DNA from: a virus
Lineage: Duplodnaviria > Caudoviricetes
Strand: one strand, 5' to 3'
Virus record (IMG/VR): IMGVR_UViG_3300042852_000025
Location: 8,557-72,556 of that record
Length of the DNA stretch: 64,000 nt
The notes below the pieces were generated by a model, which worked only from the letters and a program-made list of their open reading frames with translations, did no database searches and was not told the DNA's origin. This document shows, in pieces, positions 17,375-27,193 of this stretch (position 1 is the first letter of the stretch; each line of letters opens with the position of its first letter). The position numbers and the translations under genes were made by a program.

Positions 17375-19582
17375 ATGTTAGAGCGCCTGGAACTCAACAA
17401 CTTCAAGAAGCATGAGCACCTGGTGCTGGACTTCACCGCTGGGTTGAACGGGGTGACAGGACCAAACTACCGGGGCAAAACCACCGTGCTGTACGGGATT
17501 CTGTATTGCCTGGGCGGGGCACGGCTGGTCCCCGGCTCACGCCTGCAAACCCGGGGCACCAACAGCGGGTTCAAACAAACGCTGTGGCTGACCTTCGGCA
17601 ACATCGGTCGCTACCGGATCGAGCGCACCAAGAGCGGAGCCAGCCTGACCGAGCTGTGCCCGGACGGCACGGAACAGCCGGTGGCCACCGGCACCACGCC
17701 GGTGAATCAGGCGATCGCCCGCCTGCTGGGCATGCCGCTCAAGCGCTTCGCGCAGATCAAATACGCCAAGCAGCGCAAGGCCAGCGCCCTGTTGGAAGTG
17801 GGCAGCACCGAGTTGTTCAAGATCATCACCGAGCTGACCGGGCTGGAGCGGGTCAGTCAGGTGATGGAGCGGGTAGGGGGGCAGCTCAAAACCTGGAAGC
17901 TGCTGCAGGATGAAACCACCCTGACCGACATCGACGAACAACAGGTGCAGGTGATGAACTGGCTGGGAGAGGAAACCCAGCTGGCCATCGACCTGACGCA
18001 GCTGAACAACGAGTTGACCGAGACCAAGCGCCACCGCAGCACCAGCGAAGCCCACGAACGCCGCCTGTCTCAGGCGCAAACCGCTGTCTTCGGCGCCGTG
18101 ACCACGCTGCGCCAGGCCGAGCGGGAGGCCACGGCCAGCACGGTCGCGCTGGAAGAAGCCCAGCAGCGCCTCGCCGAGTTTCGTGGCCATCCGCTCACGT
18201 CCGAAAGCCTGGTCGACCTGGAACTGCAACTCAAGAATCTGCGCGAGCAAATGATGGTCGGCAAGCAGGCGCGCAGCCTGGTCAAGCAGTTGCAGCGGGA
18301 TCTGGAAGAGGCGCAGCTGGAATTGCAGGCAGCCGTCAGGAAGGCCGTGCCCCTGCGCGACGACCTTAAAGACCTGCACCGTGAGGACGACGTTGATCTG
18401 GACGCCCTGCATGCGGCGGCTGCGCAGGCCGAGGCCAGCAAACAAACCGCCGGGGAGAAGCTGGAAGCGCTGATCGAGGCCGGCAAGAATGGCGTGTGCG
18501 GTGGGTGCCAACGGCCGTTTGAAGCCTTCAACCCGCACGACCACGCCGCGCTGGTGCGCGAGCAGCAAGAGGCCTGGCGCGAAAAAATGGCGGCGGCCCA
18601 GCTGGCCAGAGACGCCTTGCAGGCCGAGAACCTTTACCGCAGCAGCCGGACCCAGGCCGAGGACGCCTTGCGCCAGGCCGACAGCGCCGTCCATACCCAT
18701 CAGCGGGTCTGCAACCGACTGAGCGACCAGCTCGATCAGGCGACCCGGGATTCCCTGTCGCTGCCACCCACGGAGGCACTGACTCCACAGATCGAGGCGC
18801 TGGACGCGCAGATCAGCACCGGCCGGCAGGATGCACAGCGCCAAGCCACCCTGCGCCAGGCGCTGGCCGTGGCCGAGAGCAACGCCACGCAGCGCAACCA
18901 GTGGCTGACCAACGCCCAAAACGAACTGCACCAGACCGAAACCCAGCACCAGGTGGAAGGGGTCGACCTGCCTACCGCCCTGCGCACGCACCGCGAGAAG
19001 GTCGAGCTGTACGACAGCCAGATCCGCAGCCTGCAGGAACAGATCGGGGACTGCTCCAGCCATAAGCACGGCTTGCATGAACAGCGGGTCGCCTTGGAGC
19101 GCACGCTGGCCACCGTGGTCGAGCGCAATCGTCAGCACGAACAGGCAGCGCAGAAGGTCGGCCTGCTCACCGAGCTGCTGGGGCATATCCGCAGCAACCG
19201 CGATCGCTACAGCAAGCAGGTGTGGGATGTGTTCATGGCCAGCGCCTCGATGTTCGCCAGCAACGCCACCGGCGGGGTTATCGAGTCGATCAGCCGCGGC
19301 GAAGACGGTGCCTTCACCTTCGTCGAGGACGGTTTCGAAATGGAGCAGGCCGAAGCCTCGGGCGCCCAGCTGGCGATCATCGGCACCGCCGTGCAACTGG
19401 CGCTCGATGCCGCCGCGCTGTCGCCGCTGAACCTGGTGCTGATGGATGAGCCGACCGCCGACATGGACCCGGAGCGCGCTCTGGCCTTCAGCACCCTGCT
19501 CGCCGGCAGCGGCAAACAGGTGGTGATGGTGACGCACCGGGAAATGGACGGCACCGTATTCGACAACACGCTGGAGATTTGA
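17375..19582 (+). CDS. sbcC: SbcC/Rad50-like SMC ATPase
   Basis: GPNYRGKTT, long coiled coil with CGGC zinc hook, ASGAQ signature, MDEPT, VTH. Confidence 0.92.
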   Translation: MLERLELNNFKKHEHLVLDFTAGLNGVTGPNYRGKTTVLYGILYCLGGARLVPGSRLQTRGTNSGFKQTLWLTFGNIGRYRIERTKSGASLTELCPDGTEQPVATGTTPVNQAIARLLGMPLKRFAQIKYAKQRKASALLEVGSTELFKIITELTGLERVSQVMERVGGQLKTWKLLQDETTLTDIDEQQVQVMNWLGEETQLAIDLTQLNNELTETKRHRSTSEAHERRLSQAQTAVFGAVTTLRQAEREATASTVALEEAQQRLAEFRGHPLTSESLVDLELQLKNLREQMMVGKQARSLVKQLQRDLEEAQLELQAAVRKAVPLRDDLKDLHREDDVDLDALHAAAAQAEASKQTAGEKLEALIEAGKNGVCGGCQRPFEAFNPHDHAALVREQQEAWREKMAAAQLARDALQAENLYRSSRTQAEDALRQADSAVHTHQRVCNRLSDQLDQATRDSLSLPPTEALTPQIEALDAQISTGRQDAQRQATLRQALAVAESNATQRNQWLTNAQNELHQTETQHQVEGVDLPTALRTHREKVELYDSQIRSLQEQIGDCSSHKHGLHEQRVALERTLATVVERNRQHEQAAQKVGLLTELLGHIRSNRDRYSKQVWDVFMASASMFASNATGGVIESISRGEDGAFTFVEDGFEMEQAEASGAQLAIIGTAVQLALDAAALSPLNLVLMDEPTADMDPERALAFSTLLAGSGKQVVMVTHREMDGTVFDNTLEI

Positions 19583-19584
19583 CC

Positions 19585-19800
19585 ATGACCGATGCCGCCG
19601 ATGCCGCCGGGAATGAACAGGAACTGATCGAGGACTTACTGTTGCGCCAGCACCGGGCAGCCGCCGCCAGGCACCAGAAGGTGATGGCGGCGTGTACCGG
19701 GGAGTGCCTGAACTGCGAGGCCAAGCTGGAAGTCGGCCGCTTCTGCGATGCCGACTGCCGCGAGGATTACACCAAGCGCCTCAACGCGCAGAGGCGGTGA
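19585..19800 (+). CDS. DksA/TraR-like C4 zinc-finger protein
   Basis: N-terminal DAADAA (DxxDxA) and CLNC...FCDADC. Confidence 0.75.
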   Translation: MTDAADAAGNEQELIEDLLLRQHRAAAARHQKVMAACTGECLNCEAKLEVGRFCDADCREDYTKRLNAQRR

Positions 19801-20227
19801 AGTAGCCCGGTGGCACGAAGTCCTCGGCGTTCAGGCCGAGGGTCGCCTTGCGCGTGGACCAGTGCAACCAGCCGAACGCACGCACCCCGGAATAGATGGC
19901 ATAGCGCTCGGCCTTCGGCACGCCGCGTGACTCCAGCGCGTCCAGGAACACCTGATCGGACTCGGCGCGGCTGTAACGCTGCGAGCTGTACAACCAGTCA
20001 TGCAGCACGGCGGGTGCCCGCATCAGTCCGTTGATGTCGAACACCGCCCGCAACGGCCGCGGGATCGAGGCCAGGTCCGTGATGTAGCCCCGAGGCACGA
20101 TGAGCTTGTCCCCATTCGCCCGCAGGGCAATCAGGGGCTGATCGACGACCCACTCATCCGGTACAGGAAACCCTTTCGGGGTGTATTCCTGCAGGTCCAG
20201 AAGGGAAATGAACTGAAAGGCGCTCAT
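19781..20227 (-). CDS. DUF1353-like phage protein
   Basis: VPRGYITDLASIPR...AVLHDWLY...D.VF..AL...GVRAFG. Confidence 0.85.
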   Translation of the reverse strand: MSAFQFISLLDLQEYTPKGFPVPDEWVVDQPLIALRANGDKLIVPRGYITDLASIPRPLRAVFDINGLMRAPAVLHDWLYSSQRYSRAESDQVFLDALESRGVPKAERYAIYSGVRAFGWLHWSTRKATLGLNAEDFVPPGYFTASAR

Positions 20228-20478
20228 GGTTTGTCGACCCGGTCATCCAGCGCCTTGGCGATCGCGTCTTCGACCACCTCGGTGGGCTTGCGCTCATCGC
20301 GCAGGATCAGGATCAACGACAGGATCAAGGCGACCACCCCCCCAACCGGTTCAAGTGGCACCCCGAAATAGGCTGACACTGCCCCCGCGCCTACCGTCAA
20401 ACCCTGCCAGGTGGACGGCTGGTGCAGGTAACGCAACAGCAGATCCAACAGCTCTTTGCGGCCTTCTGGATTGCTCAT
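20224..20478 (-). CDS. putative holin
   Basis: 84 aa, QPSTWQGL motif, two hydrophobic segments, charged C-terminus. Confidence 0.7.
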   Translation of the reverse strand: MSNPEGRKELLDLLLRYLHQPSTWQGLTVGAGAVSAYFGVPLEPVGGVVALILSLILILRDERKPTEVVEDAIAKALDDRVDKP

Positions 20479-20849
20479 TACTCCCCCTTTGCCGGACGGC
20501 GCCGGCTATTCAACAGTTGTTCGATCAAGGCCTGCTGGACCTGCAGGGTTCTGATCTTCTCGTTGAGCTTTTCCAGCTCTTTTTGCAGTTGCTCCCTGGA
20601 GGTGTAGTCCTTCAACAGGTCGGTGAGCGCGAGCTTTGCCGCGACTTGTTCAGCCTCGATGGAACTGAGTTTCTGATTGGTCGCCACCATGTGTGCCGAC
20701 AGCACGGGGGCCTGCTTGACCAGGTCCTGCACCCCGGAAATAAACCCGGTCAGGATCACCGCTGCAACCGTGGTGGACACGGCGGTGACGACCCGTGCTA
20801 GCCGCGAATACCCGGCCCGGCGTTCTTCAAGGTTGGCTGATGTAGGCAT
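20478..20849 (-). CDS. membrane-anchored coiled-coil protein (lysis-associated?)
   Basis: one N-terminal TM segment followed by coiled coil; adjacent to holin. Confidence 0.6.
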   Translation of the reverse strand: MPTSANLEERRAGYSRLARVVTAVSTTVAAVILTGFISGVQDLVKQAPVLSAHMVATNQKLSSIEAEQVAAKLALTDLLKDYTSREQLQKELEKLNEKIRTLQVQQALIEQLLNSRRRPAKGE

Positions 20850-20873
20850 ACGCGGCGCTCCTGGTGGGTGGGG

Positions 20874-21755
20874 TTACATCAGTACAATCATTCGGGGTTG
20901 TTGGGTCACGGCCACGGCGTTACTGAACGCCACTTCGACCACCAGCTGGCTCAGTAGGACTGTCGGGGAAATTCCTAACGCCACCTCCATGACCGCCTGC
21001 GACAGCACGGCAGCGGGCGCCGATAAGTTCGCCACCTCCATGACCGCCTGCGACAGCACGGCAGCAGGTGCCGCTAAGTTCGCCACCTCCATGACCGCCT
21101 GCGACATTGAAATGGTGGTGCCGGTATTCGAAACATAAGGCGCGGTGTCACCGTTGGTGCCAATCGACAGGAAGTCGACATCCATCGTGCCGCCCGAGTC
21201 GCCGTTACCCACCCCGACCCAACCGGCGGCGCTGATCGCGCTGTCGGTGGTGGTGAAAGTCCAAGCGCTCGGTTCCTCTTCGGTCTCTTTCCAGACCTTC
21301 GCGGAGAGGGTGGTGCCGTTGACGCGGAAGCGCACGTAGTACCAGGTGTTGACGCTGTAGGCATACGTCGCCGTGGTGAGGTTGGTGCTGACCCCTGCCA
21401 CGAACTTGTGCAGGGTCAGCGTTGTGCCTGACCCCATGATGAAGCTGTAGGCGGATTCGCTTGCCGCCGCCCCGGACCCGCGCAGCTGTAGGCGAATCTG
21501 ATCCGAGTTGCTGCTGGAGGTCCTGACCCTCGCCAGGATTTCCGAGTTGGCGCGGTTGGCATCACCATCCACAGCGTCCCACGACAGCAGACGCCGCGCT
21601 GTGGCGGTCGAGGTTTTGCGCAGGACTTTGCCGCCATCCGTGTTGGCCACGGTGGTGGCCAACCAGGTGACGTTGCTGGTGACCCAGCGCGCCGTCCAGT
21701 CCGAGGGTTGCGCGGCAGCGGTGTAGCTGCCGAAGTTGGTGTTGTAGGTGGTCAT
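20874..21755 (-). CDS. virion/tail-associated beta-rich protein with C-terminal repeats
   Basis: Thr/Ser-rich lectin-like region; SQAVMEVA repeats. Confidence 0.7.
   Translation of the reverse strand: MTTYNTNFGSYTAAAQPSDWTARWVTSNVTWLATTVANTDGGKVLRKTSTATARRLLSWDAVDGDANRANSEILARVRTSSSNSDQIRLQLRGSGAAASESAYSFIMGSGTTLTLHKFVAGVSTNLTTATYAYSVNTWYYVRFRVNGTTLSAKVWKETEEEPSAWTFTTTDSAISAAGWVGVGNGDSGGTMDVDFLSIGTNGDTAPYVSNTGTTISMSQAVMEVANLAAPAAVLSQAVMEVANLSAPAAVLSQAVMEVALGISPTVLLSQLVVEVAFSNAVAVTQQPRMIVLM
20979..21106. repeat. 51-bp tandem repeat (about 2.5 units)
   Basis: CGCCACCTCCATGACCGCCTGCGACA at 20979, 21030 and 21081. Confidence 0.9.
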
Positions 21756-21767
21756 GGACGGCGCCCC

Positions 21768-22868
21768 TTACAGGTCGGCCGAAACGCGCACGCCGAACTC
21801 GGCGGCGTTAAACCCGGCCTGCGACCAATCCGCCGACGTGTTGGGGTCCTGCAGCCAGCCTTTAATCATGTACCGCCAAGTCGTTGACAGGGCGTTGTAC
21901 GCGGTAAAGTCCTCCGTCGAGCTGGACCGGCAGAACAGGTCCAGTCCACGGAACCCTGAGTCGTTTTTGCTGGCGTAAGCGTTCAACTGCACCGCCTTGA
22001 TCGCCCCGGAGCCCGACACGTCCTGAAAGCCGTAGGAATCCTTGGTCAGCGCGGTGGCCGAGGACACGTAGTCAGAGGTGTTCGGCGTGGTTTCGTCGAC
22101 CAAGGTGTTGTGCGTGGAGCCCGTGCTACAGGTCATCGCGGTGTAGGTGCCGTCCGCGTTCGGGTAATAGGGCTTGACGGAAATGTCCCCCAGAAACCCC
22201 CCTGATTCAGCGGAACCGCTGCTACCGGTGCGCAGATAGAGGTCATCGAAGTAGCGGCTTTGCGCAACGCCCGATCCGTAGCTTAGGGTTTGCAGGGAAC
22301 TGACCGTGTTCGCCGTTTGGGCTTGGGTGTTGATCCCGGTCAGGTTGATGTCGACAACCCCGTTGACCCGCACTTCAATCTGTCCGGCGCTACTGTCAAT
22401 GAAGACGCGCACTTCGATGTAGTACCAAGTGTTCTGGGTGAACACGGTTGTCCCAGCGCCAAGGTCGGTGGCGCTGGAGGCCCCACCGGCATACGCGCTC
22501 CCGCGCCCCGCATGGAGTTTCCCGTCATTGAGCATGGACAAAAAGACTTGCCCCAAAGTGCCGGCACCGTAGGTGTTGGCTGACGACAGGCCCAGGATCG
22601 AGTGCCCGTTAGACCCGGCTACAGTCGAGTCCGATGGAATGGCGGTGCAATAGTGGCCGAAGCCCAAGCAGATGTTCCGGCTGGGCGTTACCCCTTTGAT
22701 GGCGTATGTCGCACCAGCGGCCGAAATTTTCAACGCCTTGCCAGAGTTGCGGAAAATGGTGGAGTCAATAGTGACGTTGCCCCCAGACGCCACAGCATCC
22801 CACTTCGCCCCAATGTCGGCGGTGGCGTAGTGGTCAAACCCATCGAGAAACGGAACGCCCCAAGTCAT
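21768..22868 (-). CDS. virion structural/tail protein, lectin-like
   Basis: FLDGFDHY N-terminus; WYYIEV...G.IEVRVNG...FDDLY...FLGD pattern; ATG at 22868. Confidence 0.75.
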   Translation of the reverse strand: MTWGVPFLDGFDHYATADIGAKWDAVASGGNVTIDSTIFRNSGKALKISAAGATYAIKGVTPSRNICLGFGHYCTAIPSDSTVAGSNGHSILGLSSANTYGAGTLGQVFLSMLNDGKLHAGRGSAYAGGASSATDLGAGTTVFTQNTWYYIEVRVFIDSSAGQIEVRVNGVVDINLTGINTQAQTANTVSSLQTLSYGSGVAQSRYFDDLYLRTGSSGSAESGGFLGDISVKPYYPNADGTYTAMTCSTGSTHNTLVDETTPNTSDYVSSATALTKDSYGFQDVSGSGAIKAVQLNAYASKNDSGFRGLDLFCRSSSTEDFTAYNALSTTWRYMIKGWLQDPNTSADWSQAGFNAAEFGVRVSADL

Positions 22869-22869
22869 T

Positions 22870-25212
22870 TCAGCGTACTCCTGCAATCGAGAATGAAAAG
22901 TCCGCCAGCGTGGCGTCGGCCGTGCCCGGTGCCTTGAACTGCAACGCATCGCCGACTGCCAGGCTAAAGGCGGAAGCGGCAATGAAGGTCGGCGCCGCAC
23001 CGGCTGCGGCAAAGCGCACGGTGCCCACGGCGGTGACGGCGTGGCCACTGGCGGCGATCTTGTTGACGGTGATGTCGGTCTGCGCGGTAGCGGCGATCAG
23101 GGCGATCCCGCTGGAGCCGGCCATGGCAGCGGCGAAGCTGATGGCGAACGGGGCGACGAACATGCCCAACACCTGGTTGGCTGCCGGCACGCCGTTCCAG
23201 GCCACGCCGATCACCGCCGGTTCGTCATAAAACTCCAGCGCGTTGGCCGCCGCGTTGACCCGCAGCTTCTTGAGCGCCTGCCCGGAGAAGCTGGCCGGTA
23301 CGTCGGTCAGGGCGACGAAGGTGGTCGCGCCGCTGGTGTCGGTGACGAACTCCAGCGCGGTCCCTGCCGAGTTGACCCGGACTTTCTTGAGCGCGGCGCC
23401 GGTGTAGTTGGCCGGTACGTCTGACAGGGAGGTGAAGGCGGTGATGCCGGCCGGCACCGTGACGAACTCCAGCGCCGTGCCGGCACTGTTGACCTTGACG
23501 GTCTTGCTCGCGGCGCCGGTGTAGTTGACAGGCGCGTCACTCAGCCCGGTGAAGGCGGTGACAGGGGCGGCGACGGTGACGAACTCCAGGCCCGAGGCGT
23601 CGGACTTGACCTTGACCGTCTTGCTGCCTTGACCGGTGTAAGTAGTGGGCGCGTCCGTGAGCCCAATAAAACTGGTGGGGGTGGCCCCTGCCGAGAACTC
23701 GATGCCGGTTTCATCCCCCTTGACGGTCACCACCTTGAAGGCGGAACCAGCGTAGGAATCCGGGGTGTCGGTCAGGGCGAGCAGGGTGGTGGTGCTGAGC
23801 GGGGCGAACTCCAGGCCGGTCATCGCCGCGTTGACCCGGAGGAACTTCAGCGCCTGACTGGAATAGGCGTCCGGGGTGTCCGGCAGCTCCAGGAAGTTCG
23901 CCGGGCCGGAGCCGATGGCGAACTCGACAGCGGTGCCGGCGGCGTTAACCCGCAGCACCTTGAGCGCCTGACTGGCGTAGCTGTCGGGCGTGTCGGTCAG
24001 GGCGAGCAGGGTCGACGGGGCCGCCGCGGCGCTGAATTCCAGACCGCTTTCGTCACCCTTGACCGACACCAGGCGGAAGGCCTGGCCGGTGTAGGCGTTC
24101 GGGGTGTCGGACAGCGCCAGGTAGCTGGACACCGGGCTGCCGAACTCAAGGCCGGTCTCTGTCAGGTTGACCACGGGCACCTTGCCTGCTTGCCCGGTGT
24201 AGCTCGCCGGGGCGTCGGTAAGCCCGGTAAACACCGTGGGAGCGGCGGCGCTGGAATATTCCAGCCCGGTCTCGTCGGCCTTGACCTTGACCACCTTGTT
24301 GGCCTGCCCGGAGTAGCTGGCCGGCACGTCGGACAAGCCGGTGAAGGCCGAGGCACCCCCGCCGCCACCGGTGCCGGAGGCGATCGACACCACGTTGACC
24401 CCGTCACAGAACAGCGCGCCGTTGGTGCCGCTGGCCAGTGCCACGCCGGTACCGGACGCGGTCTTGACCGTCACGGCAAACGCGCCGGCCGTGTCGTTGT
24501 CGATGAAATACACCTTCGCCTTGGCCGGCACGATCAGGTTGCGCGCCGCCGTCGGGGTGCCGGTCAGGCGGATCACCCCCTGCTCCATGGCTTCGGCGGT
24601 GGTCAAGGTCACGTCGGCGGTGGTGATGGCCTTGCTCAGCAGGGCGCTAAAGGCTTTTTCCGTGGCCTCAATGCGCTTGTCCGGGCTGGCGTAAGTCAGG
24701 CCCGAGTAGCCGCTGCTGAGCAGGTCGAGCAGATCCTGGTAGCCCGGGGCGTAGGTGGCCAGCTTGTTGACCGAGGTGAACGCCGTGCCCGACCACACCA
24801 CCGAGTACAGCGCGGCAGCGCTGGACGTGTCGCGGTAGGGGATGCCGTCAATGCCCATGCGAATGTAGTAGGTGCCGGCAGCGGCGCCACTGAACGGGAT
24901 CACCGTGGTGGTCGACTTGTACGCCATCTGCGCGGCGCTGGCACTCCAGAAGAAGCCGGGCTGCAGGGTCAGGTTGGTGCCTGACGTGCTGCTGGCGAAC
25001 GAGGTCTCGCCGACCAGCGCCACGGCGATCGGGCCGAACATCGCCTTGCCGATGTTGAACAGGTTGGTCGGACTGGCCGCCGCGCTGCCCAACGTGTCGA
25101 CCGTGCCGGACATCACGTTGATGGCGGCTTCCAGCGTCTCGATGTTGGCGTTGTGTTTGGGGATGTAGGCCGTTTCCCCTGTGGTCGCCAGGCGCTGCAA
25201 AGTAATAGTCAT
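22870..25212 (-). CDS. tail fibre protein with 10 internal repeats
   Basis: 10 copies of F..L(S/T)D.P..Y.GQA.K.V.V...(E/G)(T/S).LEF. Confidence 0.8.
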   Translation of the reverse strand: MTITLQRLATTGETAYIPKHNANIETLEAAINVMSGTVDTLGSAAASPTNLFNIGKAMFGPIAVALVGETSFASSTSGTNLTLQPGFFWSASAAQMAYKSTTTVIPFSGAAAGTYYIRMGIDGIPYRDTSSAAALYSVVWSGTAFTSVNKLATYAPGYQDLLDLLSSGYSGLTYASPDKRIEATEKAFSALLSKAITTADVTLTTAEAMEQGVIRLTGTPTAARNLIVPAKAKVYFIDNDTAGAFAVTVKTASGTGVALASGTNGALFCDGVNVVSIASGTGGGGGASAFTGLSDVPASYSGQANKVVKVKADETGLEYSSAAAPTVFTGLTDAPASYTGQAGKVPVVNLTETGLEFGSPVSSYLALSDTPNAYTGQAFRLVSVKGDESGLEFSAAAAPSTLLALTDTPDSYASQALKVLRVNAAGTAVEFAIGSGPANFLELPDTPDAYSSQALKFLRVNAAMTGLEFAPLSTTTLLALTDTPDSYAGSAFKVVTVKGDETGIEFSAGATPTSFIGLTDAPTTYTGQGSKTVKVKSDASGLEFVTVAAPVTAFTGLSDAPVNYTGAASKTVKVNSAGTALEFVTVPAGITAFTSLSDVPANYTGAALKKVRVNSAGTALEFVTDTSGATTFVALTDVPASFSGQALKKLRVNAAANALEFYDEPAVIGVAWNGVPAANQVLGMFVAPFAISFAAAMAGSSGIALIAATAQTDITVNKIAASGHAVTAVGTVRFAAAGAAPTFIAASAFSLAVGDALQFKAPGTADATLADFSFSIAGVR

Positions 25213-25214
25213 GC

Positions 25215-25727
25215 TTACCTCAGTTCGATCAGAACGCCGCCGCGGAAAATACCGGTCGCGCCATACGGCACGACCCCATAGCCACCGAAGGTGGCGAGTT
25301 CGTCATAGCTCAGGGCGCGGGCAACCAGGCCGACTTCGACGGTAGTGCCGAGGTCGTAGGCGATCGGGCCAAAGTCAGGGTCGGGGATGTGAACCGGGGT
25401 ACGGGTGTACGTGCCGGGGCGGCGCTTCGACAGGCCGGTGACTTCCCAGCGCCCGGTCTCGGAGCGGCGCAGGCGCACGGCGGTACCGGCGTCGGAATAG
25501 ATCAGGTCTCGGCTGTTGGCCGCGATCGGCACGTTGCGCAGCGGCGCCACCACTTCCTCGCCGTTGTTGCTGTCCAGCGACTTGAGGCCCACGTCGACAT
25601 CGCAGCCATAGGTCAGCGACAGGCCGTCAGTCACCAGCAGGGTCGGGCGGGTCAGGATGGTGCCGTCAATCTCCCTGATCGACTGGTCGATTTCGCCACG
25701 GATGAGGTAGGTCAGTAAGCCGGCCAT
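25215..25727 (-). CDS. tail tip protein (hypothetical)
   Basis: coupled ORF within the tail module. Confidence 0.65.
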   Translation of the reverse strand: MAGLLTYLIRGEIDQSIREIDGTILTRPTLLVTDGLSLTYGCDVDVGLKSLDSNNGEEVVAPLRNVPIAANSRDLIYSDAGTAVRLRRSETGRWEVTGLSKRRPGTYTRTPVHIPDPDFGPIAYDLGTTVEVGLVARALSYDELATFGGYGVVPYGATGIFRGGVLIELR

Positions 25728-27193
25728 CAGACGCGGAACCCCTGCACCGAGAGCATGGCAGCCGACCCTCGGGTCAGGTCGCGGGAGAACGTCAGCACAT
25801 ACAGGCGCGAACCGTCCGGCAGTTGCAGAATGTCGCCGCGCTCCAGCGCTGGGTGGTCAATTATGTCGACGTTCCAGGTGATGGCCGACAGGGAGCGGTA
25901 CAGCAGCTCACGCACGGCGATCTGCTGGGCGTGGCCTTCGTTCATCACGAAGTCCGAGTCGAGGCTTTCTTCCAGGCGCATCCATTCCGGGGTGCTGTCG
26001 TTGTAGGCTTCGGTGGTGTTGGTTTCGTGGACGTAGTCGTAAGGCTCGCCCCAAATCTCATACACCCCGGTGCCCAGCGACATGATGATCAGGAAGAATG
26101 CAGTCTGCCCGATGGCTTCGATCACTCGCCCTTCAGGGACGGTGGCGAAAATGGCCACGCCATCAGGGATGGTGGCGGCGTAGATCATGGCCGCCAGCGA
26201 GGCGGTGGCCAGCGTCGGCACCCACACCTTGGTGGTCACGGTGATCTCGCCGCTGAACTCGCTTTTCTGTTCGTAGTCCTCATCACCGACCGGCAGGAGG
26301 CCGTCGTTGACCGATGTGATGGTTTTCATCCAAGTGTTGTCGGCGCGCTGCCGGCGGTCCTCCGACCAATACAACTCGCGTTCTTGCTTGAGCTTGAAGA
26401 ACCCGGCGGTGATCGACTCACGGGCCACCATCTGCGCCTGCTGCAAACTTTTGCTCAGGTTCGGGTCGAGCCACTTGAGAATCACAGCGGTCACGGCTGT
26501 CTTGTTGCGCGAGCCGCTGATTCGCAGCAGCTGGTAAGGCTCCAGCACCAGGTCAGCGGTGCGCACGATGTCGCGGGAGATTGGTTTGAAGCGACCCAAG
26601 GCGTCGACCCACGGCTCAAGGCCAGCGACCTGCAGGAGGTCCGTCAGCATGTCCCATGCCGGCGTGTCCGCCAGTTGGGTGTCGCCATGCACGGTGCTGA
26701 CGCCCAGCACCAGCGAGCCACGGATTTCCGAGGTGGTCAGGCCGATGGCGGTGAGCACGTCCCGGGCGATCACGCCCAGTTCGCTGCCGGCGGGGTAGAT
26801 GTTGCCGACCCACTTGGTCTGTCGCCACAGGCTGTTGCTGTCCCGGCTGCGCACGGTCAGGGACATGGCGCGCTCGCCCCGGCTCTCGCGGTAATCCGCC
26901 AGGTCCTCGATCTGCCCGTTGAACAGCGGCAGGCCGTCGAGACGCACCTGGATCAAGTCGCCGATCTTGGGTTGCGCCACGCCGTACAGTTCCTGGTAGA
27001 ACGTCAGGCCCACGGTCAGGCCGCTCTCGGACTGGGTGAGGTTGTCGGCAAAGGGGCTCAGGTCCTGGTACACGGTGGCGGTGCCGTCGACCAGTTGCGC
27101 CCAGGTGGTACTGGTCGCCTTGAAATGCACCAGCTGGACATTGCGAACAACGTCCTCGCTCGGGTAGCGCAGGTACGGGAATTCCGTAAGCAT
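25727..27193 (-). CDS. tail tip/baseplate hub-like protein
   Basis: hub-like pattern (F.G.I...TVRSRD; W..L.DL.....W.D..G; P.LE.GD...L) downstream of tape measure. Confidence 0.65.
   Translation of the reverse strand: MLTEFPYLRYPSEDVVRNVQLVHFKATSTTWAQLVDGTATVYQDLSPFADNLTQSESGLTVGLTFYQELYGVAQPKIGDLIQVRLDGLPLFNGQIEDLADYRESRGERAMSLTVRSRDSNSLWRQTKWVGNIYPAGSELGVIARDVLTAIGLTTSEIRGSLVLGVSTVHGDTQLADTPAWDMLTDLLQVAGLEPWVDALGRFKPISRDIVRTADLVLEPYQLLRISGSRNKTAVTAVILKWLDPNLSKSLQQAQMVARESITAGFFKLKQERELYWSEDRRQRADNTWMKTITSVNDGLLPVGDEDYEQKSEFSGEITVTTKVWVPTLATASLAAMIYAATIPDGVAIFATVPEGRVIEAIGQTAFFLIIMSLGTGVYEIWGEPYDYVHETNTTEAYNDSTPEWMRLEESLDSDFVMNEGHAQQIAVRELLYRSLSAITWNVDIIDHPALERGDILQLPDGSRLYVLTFSRDLTRGSAAMLSVQGFRV

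Noticed and set aside
20874-25212. Diversity-generating retroelement or invertible tail-fibre cassette
   Set aside because: No reverse transcriptase, adenine-specific TR/VR pair, invertase or inverted crossover sites seen; the repeats are in-frame protein repeats
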